64,000 nucleotides of DNA from a virus. A program made the translations under genes and the position numbers. Location: positions 18,219-82,218 of IMG/VR virus record IMGVR_UViG_3300031576_000025; one strand, given 5' to 3'. This document shows, piece after piece, positions 49,253 to 60,636 of this stretch. The notes below the pieces were generated by a model. The model saw only the letters and a list, made by a program, of their open reading frames with translations. It did no database searches and was not told the origin of the DNA. How positions within the stretch are numbered: position 1 is the stretch's first letter; each line of letters starts with the position of its first letter.

Positions 49253-49281
49253 TTGCAAGCGGCTAGTAAAACGCTTATACT
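49253..49281 (+). promoter_or_regulatory. Early promoter TTGCAA-17-TATACT
   Basis: Spacer GGCTAGTAA; CAAGG hairpin follows. Confidence 0.75.
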
Positions 49282-49321
49282 CCAGATATCGCTGGGGCAA
49301 GGCCCCGGCCTGGGGGCGGGA

Positions 49322-49720
49322 ATGACACCTTTGGAAAAGCTGGCCATAGACTTGGCGAACGCCGACGCCGCGCACCGGCAACGCCTGCACGTGCTGGGCT
49401 GGCGGGAATGGGCCATGAACGCCGTGGCCGTCGTCGCCATCCTGTGCGCGCTGCTGCTGCCAATTCTGCTGTCCGGCTGCGCGGGTTCGCGGCCGACGCC
49501 GCGGCGCACGTCAATGCCGATTCAGCACAACCCGGAGGACGGCGGCAAGGTCATGTGGCTGGGCAGCCCCGTGGTGACGAAGGCGGACCCGTTCTATGGG
49601 GACGCGGGCTATCGCAAGGGCATCGAGATAGGGCTGCGCGACGACGGCCAGGTGGTGTGGCGGTACACCGTGTACGCCAAGGCGCAGAAGCAGGACGCGG
49701 GGGCCAGCCGTGGCCGGTAA
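49322..49720 (+). CDS. Putative lipoprotein/membrane protein
   Basis: Hydrophobic stretch ending in an LLSGC lipobox. Confidence 0.55.
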   Translation: MTPLEKLAIDLANADAAHRQRLHVLGWREWAMNAVAVVAILCALLLPILLSGCAGSRPTPRRTSMPIQHNPEDGGKVMWLGSPVVTKADPFYGDAGYRKGIEIGLRDDGQVVWRYTVYAKAQKQDAGASRGR

Positions 49721-50607
49721 CCGCGCGACGCTTGCGCTGCTGCGCCGGGTGGCGGATTCCTACGGCAGCAAGCTGCACGGGGCACCGCGCGCCCCGCGGC
49801 TTTCTGCAATGGCCGACTTCATCAACGCCAACATGCCGGGGTACACCGCGCGCATGGAAAAGTGGTGGGGCAGCTTCGACCGCCCGGCAGGGCAACTGCG
49901 CATTGAAGGCAAGATGCGCGAATGCCTGGAACTGGTTGTGCGCAAGGGCGGCGAGAAGGTGAAGAAGCACAACCCGCTGGAAGCGTACCGGGCCAACTGG
50001 GAAGTAGCCCAGTGGATTGTGGAAGCCATGGACGCGGCGCGAAAGGCCGCGGCATGAAGCTGGTCATTGACGTGTCGCCGGAAAACGAAAGCACCAGCGC
50101 GCCGTGGTGGGTGATTGTGGACCCGGTGCTGCTGACCGAGCTGGACATATGCCGGTCAGCCGACATGGTGACCGGGCCTTTCTTCAGCCGCGCAGCAGCG
50201 CAGGCGCACCTGGACGACACCAGCTACAACTTTTCAAAGCGCGCCGTCGTATACTGCAAATCTGGCTACCAGTCGGCAGCCTACAAGGTCGCGTACGAAG
50301 CCGCGGAGAAGGCGGAAGCCGCCGGGCAGGCAACGGACTTCAACAATAGGTATTGCGGGGCGGCGTTCAAGCGCGCGGACCTTGGCGGCGTGGATAGCAA
50401 CTGCGGCCGGGACAAGGGGCACGACGGGGAACATTCCTGGCACCACGATTCCGCACGGCGCGGTGGGGCGTGACCGTGGCCAACAAACGACAAGAAAAAA
50501 AGAACCGCAGGCCGGTGCGTTTTATCATGCCGCGCTGGCTGGTGCGTCACATGAACGGAATGCCGAAATGGGAACGCGCAGCTTCCCGCAGGGCTGCGGC
50601 ACAATGA
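49710..50607 (+). CDS. Three hypothetical genes (49710-50057, 50054-50473, 50470-50607)
   Basis: Coupled ORFs; C..C....H.G.H finger at the end of the second. Confidence 0.55.
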
Positions 50608-51059
50608 CCGGCCAGAAAATAAACGTCACAGTGGTTGACGACGCTTGCAATTACACGGTGCCGAAGGAATGCGTGCTGCCGTTCGCGGTATGGCGGGCCC
50701 TGGGAACGCGGCTGTTCGGACCCGACATGGGGAAATGGCGTTGGAAGTGTCCGCGGTGCAGCGCGGTGTCCACGCCGGACGGTTGGATTGCGGTCGGGCG
50801 CAGCCCCGCGGAAGCGTATCGCGCCCCCACCGAATGCCTGAAACGCGCAGGGTCCATGGCCCGTATGCGGCGACCAATGACGGACGAAGAATGCGACTGG
50901 TGCAGCTGGGGCCTGTTCGCTGGGCCGTGGTTCGTTGTACACCAGGACGCTGTGGCGGTAGAAGGGAAGGTGGCGCGCGGAAATTGCACGCCCTGCTTCC
51001 CGTTCGACGGCGTGACCGCTGCCGATTTATCCGCAGTGCTTGCGGCGGTCCAGACATGA
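50604..51059 (+). CDS. VVA0879-like Cys-rich phage protein
   Basis: G..LFG.D...W.W.CP.C, CDW...GLF.GP, CF.F. Confidence 0.65.
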   Translation: MTGQKINVTVVDDACNYTVPKECVLPFAVWRALGTRLFGPDMGKWRWKCPRCSAVSTPDGWIAVGRSPAEAYRAPTECLKRAGSMARMRRPMTDEECDWCSWGLFAGPWFVVHQDAVAVEGKVARGNCTPCFPFDGVTAADLSAVLAAVQT

Positions 51060-51718
51060 CCCAGGCCGCCGCCAAGCCCCAAAGGACAGCCTGCGAATTT
51101 TGCGGGTCCCGCGACCGCCTTGTGCATTTCGTCCGCGGATTCGGCGGCAAGACCGACAGCTTGACCGCGGCGTGCCGGGACCAGGCGGCCTGCGAAGCCG
51201 ACACGCTGCGGTTGTCCAAGGCGGCTGGGTGAACCGCACCATGCAGTCCCACCGCACGCATAACGGCTGGCACTTCTATGCCGGTGAAAAACTGGAACGC
51301 CACGCCTGGGCAAAGACGTTCTGCCAGGCTTTCAAGACGGTTGCCGGTCAGGTGAAAGTCCGCCTGGTTCCCGTCAATTGGTTTGCGCCGTTCAAGGACG
51401 AAGCCGCGCGCCTGAAGCACGCCAAGGCTGCCGGGCGGAAGCCATGACCGAACGAATGATTGCCGTAGTGGCCATGTCCCTGGCAATCGCGTTCCTGGCT
51501 GGGGTTAAGTTTGGGCTCGCCATTGGGGTAATTCTGGCCAAGGTCACAGCCAAAAATAATCCAGGCGGGAAGCAATGAAATGTGACGGCCTGCTGCGGCT
51601 GCGCGTGCTGCGCTATGACGGGAAAACCGTGTGGGCTTCTTTCGACGACAGCGGCGACCTTGTGCGAAAGCAGAAGCGGCGCGCGCCCGTCAAAAACGGG
51701 GAAAAACGTGATAGGTAA
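51056..51718 (+). CDS. Four microproteins (51056-51232, 51229-51447, 51444-51578 TM, 51575-51718)
   Basis: Overlap-coupled chain. Confidence 0.5.
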
Positions 51719-52175
51719 GCTGCACGCAGCGATTCGGGCGAACCACGAAATAGGCAAAGAACTGCGTGGACTGTTGTTCTTTGAATTCCGCACGGTGACC
51801 GGGCACGCCCACGGTGAACCACGCTGGATAGACGCCTTCCATATTGGGGACGTTCCCAGCACCGGGTTCGTGCGGACGGCGTACGAGGTGAAGGTCACGC
51901 GCGCGGACTTCTTGCGCGAAATCAATGACCCGCTGAAGCGCCGGGCCGCCATGCGGATTTCCAACCGCTTCTTTTTCGTGACGCCGCCAGGGGTTGCAAA
52001 GCCAGAAGAAATACCGCTTGGGTGCGGGCTGCTTGAAGTCCACGAAGACGGCAGGCGGGATTTCGTGGTGGACGCGCCTTTCCGCGATTCGCTGCGGCCG
52101 TCGTGGGCGCTGTTCGTCGCGTTCGCGCGCGGCGTCGGGAAGCTGCCGAATGTCGCAGAAGGGCAGGGGGATTGA
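51708..52175 (+). CDS. MmcB-like PD-(D/E)XK nuclease-fold protein
   Basis: IDAF, YEVKVTRADFLRE, SNRFFFVTP, EIP..CGLL. Confidence 0.8.
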   Translation: MIGKLHAAIRANHEIGKELRGLLFFEFRTVTGHAHGEPRWIDAFHIGDVPSTGFVRTAYEVKVTRADFLREINDPLKRRAAMRISNRFFFVTPPGVAKPEEIPLGCGLLEVHEDGRRDFVVDAPFRDSLRPSWALFVAFARGVGKLPNVAEGQGD

Positions 52176-52177
52176 CC

Positions 52178-55100
52178 ATGCAGGAAAAAATTGACGTGCA
52201 GCGGTGCAGGGCGGCTATGCTGGTTCTGAGCGTGGAAGGTTCGCCGGTCGGCCCGGTGCGCCAGCTGGCCATAGAGGACACTATAAGGGCAATCCAAATG
52301 GACGCCGAGCTGGCGCTGCGCAACAATTATACCGGCGTGAAAAATTACGCCGAATTCGGGGACCAACGCGATGACCACGCCTATGGAATGGGGCCCCGGC
52401 TGGGCACCACCGCTTTCAAAATCGGACGACGCCCGGAAGGCCAGGGCTGCAACGGACTGGGTGCTGACGCCGTTTATCTTCTGGAATGCGTGCGCGACTT
52501 CGGGGCGAAGCCGGACCCGCGCAGCCCGGACGAAAAGAACAAGAACATGAACCTGTGCGACGTGCTGCGGGAATACGAACTGTTGGCGCACCTGACCGCC
52601 AAGCTGGCCGACATGCTGACCGGGGCCAAGGTGGAAACGCACGCGCCGCTGCCGAAGCAGTCTGCGGGGGACTCCGCGGAATGAGCCGCTTTGAAATCCG
52701 GCACAAGGACAAGGGCCTGGCGTTCGGGAACGACAACGCCATGGGGGAATTCCTGCAAATTTGGGACTTGAAAAAGGGCACTGACCCCGACGACGACTGC
52801 ATACTGGTGGACGAGGACAACATGACGGGGTTCACGCGGGAAAAGCTGCTGGCCCACCTGGAACAGCACGGGTTCACGCTGGCGGAACTGGAAGCCGAAA
52901 AGCTGGGCGGCAAGGACTTGCAGGACCTGGTGGACGTGGGCAGGCTGATTCGGCGCGCGCCGCTGAAGCAGGGCGACGGAAAGGGGGGCGGGCATGGACG
53001 GTGACGAAGCGCAGGACCCGGGCACGGACCCATTCGCGCTGGTGTACCGGGACCAGGAAGCCGTGACCGCGCCGCCGGTGGTGCCGGAATCGCGGGTGGG
53101 GTTCGCAAGCTGGTACGACCCCAAGACGCGCCAGAAGGAACTGGACAACGAGGACGCCATTATGCGCATGGTCCGCGCCTGGGACGCCAAGGAAGCCGTG
53201 CCGGTGTCCGTCCAGCTGTCCATGGACAACGGCTACAGGTGCTTTATCAACCCGCACCCGGCCGCCACGGACCAGCAGAAGCACGCGCTGCTGGCCTGGC
53301 TGGTCAGGAACAGCGGCAAGCGGTTTTACAGCTTCTTCCGCAGCGACGAGCAGCGGGTGGCGTGGTGGAATGCGAACCACGCCAAGGACGCGCCGAATGA
53401 CAACGAAGAATTCCTGTTCGACGGCCGGGCGCTGAAGGCGCTGCTGTTTCTTGAACACGCCCCGAAGCCACCCGGCTGCACAATCGTGACGGAAACCAAG
53501 ACCGTGCAGGTGCGCACGCTGAAGTGCAGCGGCGGCAACCCGGGAAGCCCCGCGGGCGTGGCCGCGCCGGAAACGGCGGTGGCCACGGTGGGCCAGGTGC
53601 CGCTGTGACCAGCCCCGAGGAGCGCAGGGCGCGCGTGCAGCTGTGCCGAGTCCAGGCCCTACTGCGGCGCGCGCAGGCGCAGGCCAAGCGCGCCGGGGTC
53701 ATGGCGGTCAAGTCCAAGGCCACTGGCGACAGCGCCAACAACCTGCTGGCGGGCCTGCTAGTCACGCTGCTTGGTGGCAAGTCTGTTGGGCGGGCCGCGG
53801 CGCAGCTGGCGGCTGCGGCCAGGCACTACACGGCCAAGTGCGCGGCGGAGGATGACATTGTGCTGGGACCTAGCACGGACGAGGCGGTGGCGGCAACGCG
53901 CAAACTGCTGGACGTTGCCGCCACGCGGTTGCGCATGGCGGCGCTGAACTACGCCGCGGCGCTTGACGGGGTGGCGGGGCATGGATAAGCCGAACTGCTA
54001 CACGTGCAAGTGGCGGGCCAACCTGCCGGGGGACGCGCACAGCCAATGCGTCCACCCGGAAACCGGCGGGCCGCGGGACCAATTCGATGCGCTGGTGTCG
54101 CTGTTGTCCGGGTCACAGGTGGGACCGCTGGAAAAGCTGGGCATAAAGCTGGACGCGCACGGGTTCCGCAATGGCTGGGCCTACTGGCCCGCCAATTTTG
54201 ACCCTGTGTGGCTCTTGGCGTGCAACGGCCACACGCCAAAGGACGTGCCGGTTCCTGCTGCCGAATCGCAGCCGGGGGGAAGCGGTGGACACGGCGCAGC
54301 GTGACGCAGCGGCGGTAGTGCTGCGCTGCCTTTGGACGCAGCACGCCTGGGTCTGTGAAGGTGGTAGGCCATGCCCGTGTGGCGGCCTTGACCACAGCCA
54401 AACGGTCTTTAGGTGCAGCGCGTGCCGAACATGGGACTACGGATATCCGGGTGGACCGACTGACGGCGAATGCGCGGACGCCGACGACTTGCGCGCTGCT
54501 GGTGGGCGGCAATGACTGCTGTGCGGTGCAGCCATTGCCTGCGCTACACGCGGCACCGGCGCTGGTGTCCAAGAAGCGGCCCGTCCAGGCTGCGCGCGGT
54601 GCGTCAGCAGGTGGCCAAAGACAGGGCGCAGACGCGCAAGGCGGGGAACGAAAGAAAGGGGGAACGGTGAGCCTATACAATGCGCTGTTCGGGGTCAATA
54701 CGCTGGCCCCGCTGCTGCTGAACGTGCTGGGGCTGGTCACGAAGCCGGACGCGCACGCCGCGGCGCGCGGCCTGGTCTACGTCGGCCGGTTCCGCGACTG
54801 CTACCTGGGTCCAGAAGGAAAAACCATCACCCTGTACACCCGCAACGGCGGCGGGAACAGGAATTGTTGGGACCTGGAAGGCTGCAAGGACGGCGCGCAC
54901 GACACGTCCTGCCTGGTGGCCGTCAACGCCGCGCTGGCCGCGCACCCGAAGTACATTTCGGACGCGGACGACGATTTTGACTGCACCTATGCGTCCTTCA
55001 CCTTCGGCGTGCCGGACGCGGTGGCGGACCTGCTGCACAGCCTGGCGCAGGGCGAATCCAAGGGACAGCCACAGGGGGCCGCCAAGTTCAGGGACCTTAT

Positions 55101-58100
55101 GGCGCGAATGGAAAAGGCCGACCAAGCCGACCCGGTGGTGAAGCGCGCGCTGGAAGTCATGGGGCCGGTGCTGAAGAAAATCAACGACACGCTGGAAGGC
55201 GGCGGCGGAACGGTGGTGGTTTGAAGGGGGGACGGTGGGAAACACTGAGGACTACGTGCAGGTGCGTGTGCAGCGGGACGTTGACGGGCGCGGCACGCTC
55301 GAGGCGGCGCAGGTGGTGTGCGCGCGCGAGCTGGGGGACAGCGTGCCGGGCGTAGGCGGGCTGCTGGAGGCAATTTACGAGAAGCTGTCCAAGGACCTGG
55401 ACGTGGCCGCGCGCCAACCGGCGCGGGCGCGGACGCCGTGACCGCCAAGGCGGTACCACAGCGCAAGGGCTGCGGACACCCGGACGACGCCTGCCGGTAC
55501 GTGCTTTGGCACGCGCGGGCTGAAACGCGGGACAAGGCCGGGCAGCGGCAGACCCGCTGCCCGCGGTGCAAGCTGTGGCGGTGGCCGTCCAAATGGACGG
55601 GGGCGCTACAGGACCGCATGGAACGCGCGGCGGACGCTGCGGCCAAGCGGGAATCGCGGTCCTGGGCCGCCAGCTTCGCCAAGCACGGTAGACCGCCGCA
55701 GCTGACGGTGGCGCGGACGCAGCGCAAAGAACGCCATGCCGCCGCTGTGCCGTGCGCGGCCAACCAAAAATTCCTAATCCTGTCCAACCACCGGCCGAAC
55801 GGGAACCCCGACATGACGCTGTGGTGGCGTCCCAAAGGCGCTGGTTACACGGTGTTTTTGGACGAAGCCGGGCGCTATACAAAGGAAGCGGCGCTGCAAA
55901 TCGTGCGCGGTTCAAGGACTGACAACAGCATCGTGTCCGAAGCCGTGGCCATGAAGCGTTCGCGCGCCATGGTGCGGCTTGAGGACCTTCCGAATTACCT
56001 GCGGTGGGCCAGGACGGCATAGGCCATGAAGCACAGGTGGGAATGGTGGCAGGAACGCAGGGCCGGAACGCACCCGCTGGCGCTTATGAAGCGGTGCCTG
56101 ACGTGCGGGGTCACTGGCCGCAAGTCCAGCCTGGAATGGGTCAAGCCATGCCCGGGCGTGCCGCACACGCAGGCGTGCCTGCACGACATGGGCCACCTGC
56201 ACCACGGCCCGCCGTGCGCCTGCGCCCCTGTCCATTTCCACCTGGCGGCCGGTGTCTACGCCTGCGGCACCATGTCCCCGCCGGTGCTGCCCAACGTATA
56301 CGACTGGGACAGCGTGACGTGCGGGCCGTGCCTAAAAGTACGCGGCGGGTTTCCTAGCTGCCTTGGCGGAACGTGCGGGTGGGTGGGCGCTAACGGTGGC
56401 GGCTGGCACAGCCATACGCCAGCGGGAATCGTCTTTACTAAGGAGCGCGTGGAATGACCAGCCAGGTGCAGCTGGTCCACCGGGACCCGTGCGGCCAGGC
56501 GACCTTCACGCCCAAGCCGCCGGGCTGGTGGCGGCATTGCGGCTGCCCGTCCGGGTGGCCGCGCTACAACACGGACCTGCGCCGGGACGCGGGCTGCGCG
56601 CCGTGCGGCGCGTGCGGCAGCTACGCGCATGGCGTGCCGGGGCCGTGGTGCCCGGCAGGGGGACGCGGTGGACCTGACGCCTGAAATAAAAGCGTGGATT
56701 GACGCCAAGACCTACGGGGACCTGCTGCACGGCTGGCGTTTTACCCCGTCCGGGGACAAAATCTTTCAGGGCCCCAGCGGGGACTACTGGGCGGCGCGCA
56801 TGAAGCTGCTGCGGGACCAGGGCGCGGACCACGTGGGCGCGTCCAAGCGGCTTGGGTGGGGGAATCCATGAATTACGATGGTTTGCCGGTTCATAAGCGG
56901 GTCAAGAACGTAAGGACCGGCAGCAGCATACAAGGTTCGCTTGAAAAAGATTTGCTCGCTGTCATAGACGGCGCAGAAGCGGCCTTGGTAAGGATTTGGG
57001 CGCTGTCCAAGTGCAGGTGCCGCAAGGAATCTGACGTTGGGGAAGCGTTGACCTGCTACCACAAAATTGCCGCGCATGCCCACGGGGAATTGGAAAGGGC
57101 GCTGGGGCTGGCGTTCGCTGAATCAGAGCGCAGGAAATATGCCATGTGTAATTGCGGGGTGTGCAGGCAGAACCAAAGCCCGAAGCTGGTATGCTGGACC
57201 CACCGAATTTGTCACAGGCCGCACGGCAGCAGGGGCCGCATGGACAACCGCTGGCGGCGCTGCCCGGTGTGCCGCGAGCCCATGTTCGCTATCAGCGGCA
57301 AGGCCCGCATTCCACCAAAACGCAACGTGGCCGCGTGGCGCAGCTTGCAGCAATGGTACGGGCAGCTGAAGGTGGACGCCTGGCAGGCGGGGGGGTGAAC
57401 ATGGCGGACCCAAAGGTGGGGCAGCTGGTGGGCTACAAGTCCGTGCTGACGGACCAGGAATTCAGCCACGTGGCGAAAGTGGACGGGGCATACCCGCATG
57501 GCATATCATCCTGCCGCAAGCCGCTGGTGACGCTGGAAGGCAAGGCTGGCGTGGTCCTGTGGGCGCATTGCACGGTGCTGGACGGGTTGGTGGACGGGCC
57601 GCAGCCATGATGGTGCTGAAATGCAAAGTATGCGGCAAGCGATACCGCCATGTGGACATGTTCCGGTGTCGGCGTGGCGAGCGGCACAGGTTCGTATTTG
57701 TCGCCACAATCCACAAGTGCGGCTGCCCGCATAACTGCAAATACGACGGCGCGCGCCTGCGCCTGGACCCGGTGTGGCACACATGCCCAACCCGCAGCTG
57801 CCAATGGGAACATGGGGTGGCGGGCTGCACGCTGCACAAGGCACAGCTGCCTGGACAGGCAGAAAGTGGAAAGCTACCATGAACAACGTGCTGCGCAGCC
57901 AAGAAGAACGCAACGACGTTGACGCGCTGGTGCTGGTCCTTTGCACCGGGGAACGCGCCGAAGAATGCCCCTGCTGGGGCTGCGCCTTTATCGGGGACCT
58001 GCGCCAAGAATACGGCCGCAACGGACTGCACCGCCTGCGCGCCGCCTTCGACGGGCAGGCCCGCGCCACGACGCTGCGGATTGTTGACCGTGTGCGGGCG

Positions 58101-58280
58101 GCCATGGACGACAGCGTGGGCCAGGCCGACAGCGCGGGGGGCAACATAGCCCTGACGCGCGATGAGGTACGCACGCTGCGCGCGTGGTCCAAGTGGCTGG
58201 AGGCTTGGGTGGCGGGCAACAAGGGCGACCCGGACGCGGTGATGCGGGGTCCGCACGCCGAAGGCTACGGCGGGCAGTAG
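52178..58280 (+). CDS. About 17 coupled hypothetical genes (starts 52178, 52681, 52994, 53605, 53981, 54285, 54512, 54667, 55235, 55438, 56026, 56454, 56668, 56868, 57401, 57607, 57879)
   Basis: Continuous overlapping stop/start chain with G-rich RBSs; many Cys-rich; 54667-55224 has RFRD..YTRNGGGNR..HP.Y..D.DDDFD.TYA. Confidence 0.6.
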
Positions 58281-58289
58281 TGATATAAT
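58281..58289 (+). promoter_or_regulatory. Extended -10 TGaTATAAT
   Basis: Perfect match 8 nt before GTG 58298; no RBS in between. Confidence 0.6.
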
Positions 58290-58297
58290 GCCGTCCT

Positions 58298-59140
58298 GTG
58301 TTCAGACCAGGAAATAACACAACCATCATCTGCCAGATGTGCAACGCCCCAACGCCATGGCGTGCGCACAGTCAAATATACTGCCCGCCCTGTTCTGAAA
58401 AACGAAACAAGGCGCGGGGCAAGGCGTGGGCGGTGGCCAACCCAACCCAGCGGACACCTGCGGACGTGGTAAAAGAGCAGGCGCGGCGGGACCTGCGCAA
58501 AAAGATTGGTGCTGCGACCAGCAAAGAAAATAGGGCAGACCTAACCTGGACACGGGCCGGTGACCCAACGCCGGATTACCTGGTGCGTGTATGGGTCCCA
58601 TGGACAACGGCGCTGCTGAAGAATCACTCATGGTCCTTATCACGCGGCATGGGACATGTTTTCCTACGACGGGAAACTAGGCAAATGCAGGACACATTGT
58701 ATTGGGCAATAAAGGCCCAGCCGGTCCATTTCTTTCATAATAAGGTGTGGGTGGATATCTTCGCGGAAAAGCCTGACCAGCGCAGCGGTGACGCAATCAA
58801 CCTCCTGGACCGCGTGGCCGATTCTATCAAGCGCGCCATCGGCGTTGACGACAGGTGGTACAGCGTCCGCCGCATAGACTGGTCCATCGTCAAAGAAAAT
58901 CCGCGCATCTATATCGGCATGGGGCAAGTGGATAGGTGGGACGGCCAGGTGTGCAGCCATTGTGGGCGCATTCTTTCCATTGATAATTTTCAGCGCAGCC
59001 GCGGCACAAAACTGGGCGTTGGCCGGTCCTGCAAGGACTGTTCCAGCGTGATTGATAAGCTGCGCCGTGACACAAAGCGTGCGACCCAGCAACATGGTCC
59101 TGCCGACTTGCCGCCCGACGTGGAACCGGCCGCACCGTAG
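58298..59140 (+). CDS. RusA-like resolvase/endonuclease flanked by Zn fingers
   Basis: D.IN....V.D......VDD...NPRI.I core; CQMC..C..C at N-terminus; CSHC..F..G....CKDC at C-terminus. Confidence 0.7.
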   Translation: MFRPGNNTTIICQMCNAPTPWRAHSQIYCPPCSEKRNKARGKAWAVANPTQRTPADVVKEQARRDLRKKIGAATSKENRADLTWTRAGDPTPDYLVRVWVPWTTALLKNHSWSLSRGMGHVFLRRETRQMQDTLYWAIKAQPVHFFHNKVWVDIFAEKPDQRSGDAINLLDRVADSIKRAIGVDDRWYSVRRIDWSIVKENPRIYIGMGQVDRWDGQVCSHCGRILSIDNFQRSRGTKLGVGRSCKDCSSVIDKLRRDTKRATQQHGPADLPPDVEPAAP

Positions 59141-59164
59141 CCGCGGCAGTCCAACAGCGTGCAT

Positions 59165-59208
59165 TAACAGTTTAACCTGTTGCAATAAACACCGCTGCGT
59201 GGTATTAT
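59165..59208 (+). promoter_or_regulatory. Promoter TTGCAA-17-TATTAT with extended TG and TAACAGTTTAA box
   Basis: AT-rich gap; imperfect dyad AACAG..CTGTT. Confidence 0.65.
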
Positions 59209-59214
59209 CGCCGC

Positions 59215-60636
59215 GTGGCAGAACCGTCGCGGCGCAGGCGCAAACATGAACGCCCGTATATTCGGCCAGTCGCTTTTTCGCAGCAAGTCCTTGCCCGCAA
59301 GTCCGCCAAATCCCACCTGCGCTGCGGCTGCTGCCACGGCCTGAACAAGGTCATGGGGGCAACTATCGTCTGGCGCGCCTGCCGGTGCGGCAACCCGGAC
59401 ACGCTGCGCTGCTTCGCGTGCTGTCGGTGCCGTGCGCACTGCAAGTGCGGGGTGCCCATGCTGATACCGGGGCGGCGCGTGCCGCCGCCGTGGGCACGTC
59501 CGGGGGATATGGAAAACATGCCGCTGCGGCGGGTGGTGGAAGTCCAGGGGCGCGCGCGCGTACTTTTGCTGGTCTAGGAATCGGGGGGGAACATGCGGGA
59601 CCAAGAAATTATACAGCGGGACGAGGCGGTGTCGGCGCAGGGCGCGAATCGTCTTATCCGGATGGCGGGGAATTTCGACAAGACCATCGCCGCCTTGCAG
59701 ACCCAGCTACAGCGCGCCAGCCAGGTGGCCATTCAGAACCACCTGAAGCTGGAAGCCATGGCCAGCCTGTTGGTGGACCAGCCGCCGCTTTTCCGCATGT
59801 TCGGCCGCGGCTGGTTCACGCGGCGGCTGACGGCGGCGGATTTGGACGCGCGTTTCTGCAAGCTGGAAGCCGACATGGCGGCCATGACGGCCGCCCGCGC
59901 CAAGGCCGAAGCCGAAGCCGTGGCCGCACAGACGGCCGCCGACGCGGCGCGGCAGGCGCGCGACGAAGCCCCTATGACGACGCCGGACGCCGTGGTGGAC
60001 CAGGGACGCAACGCAATCCTGGGGCCGGACGGCAAGCCGGTGGCCCATGCGTCCGTCAGCGGGGCTGGCGCGGTTTCTGGACGCAAAGGCGTGGTGGCCC
60101 CCCCGGAAGGGGCGGGGCCTGCGGCGGGGGTCGGCGGTGGCGAACCTGGGGCGTGAAGCCGGGCCTGGAAATTCAGGGCCGAAGGGGGCCATAATCGTGA
60201 AAGGGCTGTACGAACGCCGGACCTGTGGGAAGCTGAAGGGCGGGCGCGGGTGCGGCAAGGGGTTTTGGCCGCAGTACCCCAACCAGCAGGTGTGCGCCGG
60301 GTGCGGTCCTAAGCTGCGGGCCGCCTACCTGCTGCGGTTCCAGAAGCTACACCGCAAGCAAAAGCGGCAGGAATGGACGGGGGACAGGGCAGCATGATTC
60401 CGAACGTGGGACTGGAAACGATGTTCGCGCTGTTCGGCATGTTCCTTGTCGTCATGGGCCTGGCCGGGTCGCAGCGCGTCAAGGTGGTGTCCATTGAAGT
60501 TGGCCCGCTGCGTGACGGCTGGCGCGTCGTCGCCGTCGTCATTGGCCTGCTGACCATGCTGGGAATCGGCGTGCTGCATATGCACCACGACCACGGGACG
60601 CACGAAGAACATGCGCACCCGGCGGCTGCGAAATGA
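59215..60636 (+). CDS. Four genes: Cys-rich 59215-59577, coiled-coil 59593-60156, Zn finger 60197-60397, two-TM His-tailed 60394-60636
   Basis: ORFs with RBS or coupling; composition as stated. Confidence 0.6.

Noticed and set aside
32970-59159. GCAGTCCA[GA]CAGCG in two intergenic gaps (32970, 59146)
   Set aside because: Only two copies with no clear shared context; could be chance
59155-59190. dif-like Xer site
   Set aside because: Does not match the 11-6-11 dif consensus; better explained as a promoter/operator
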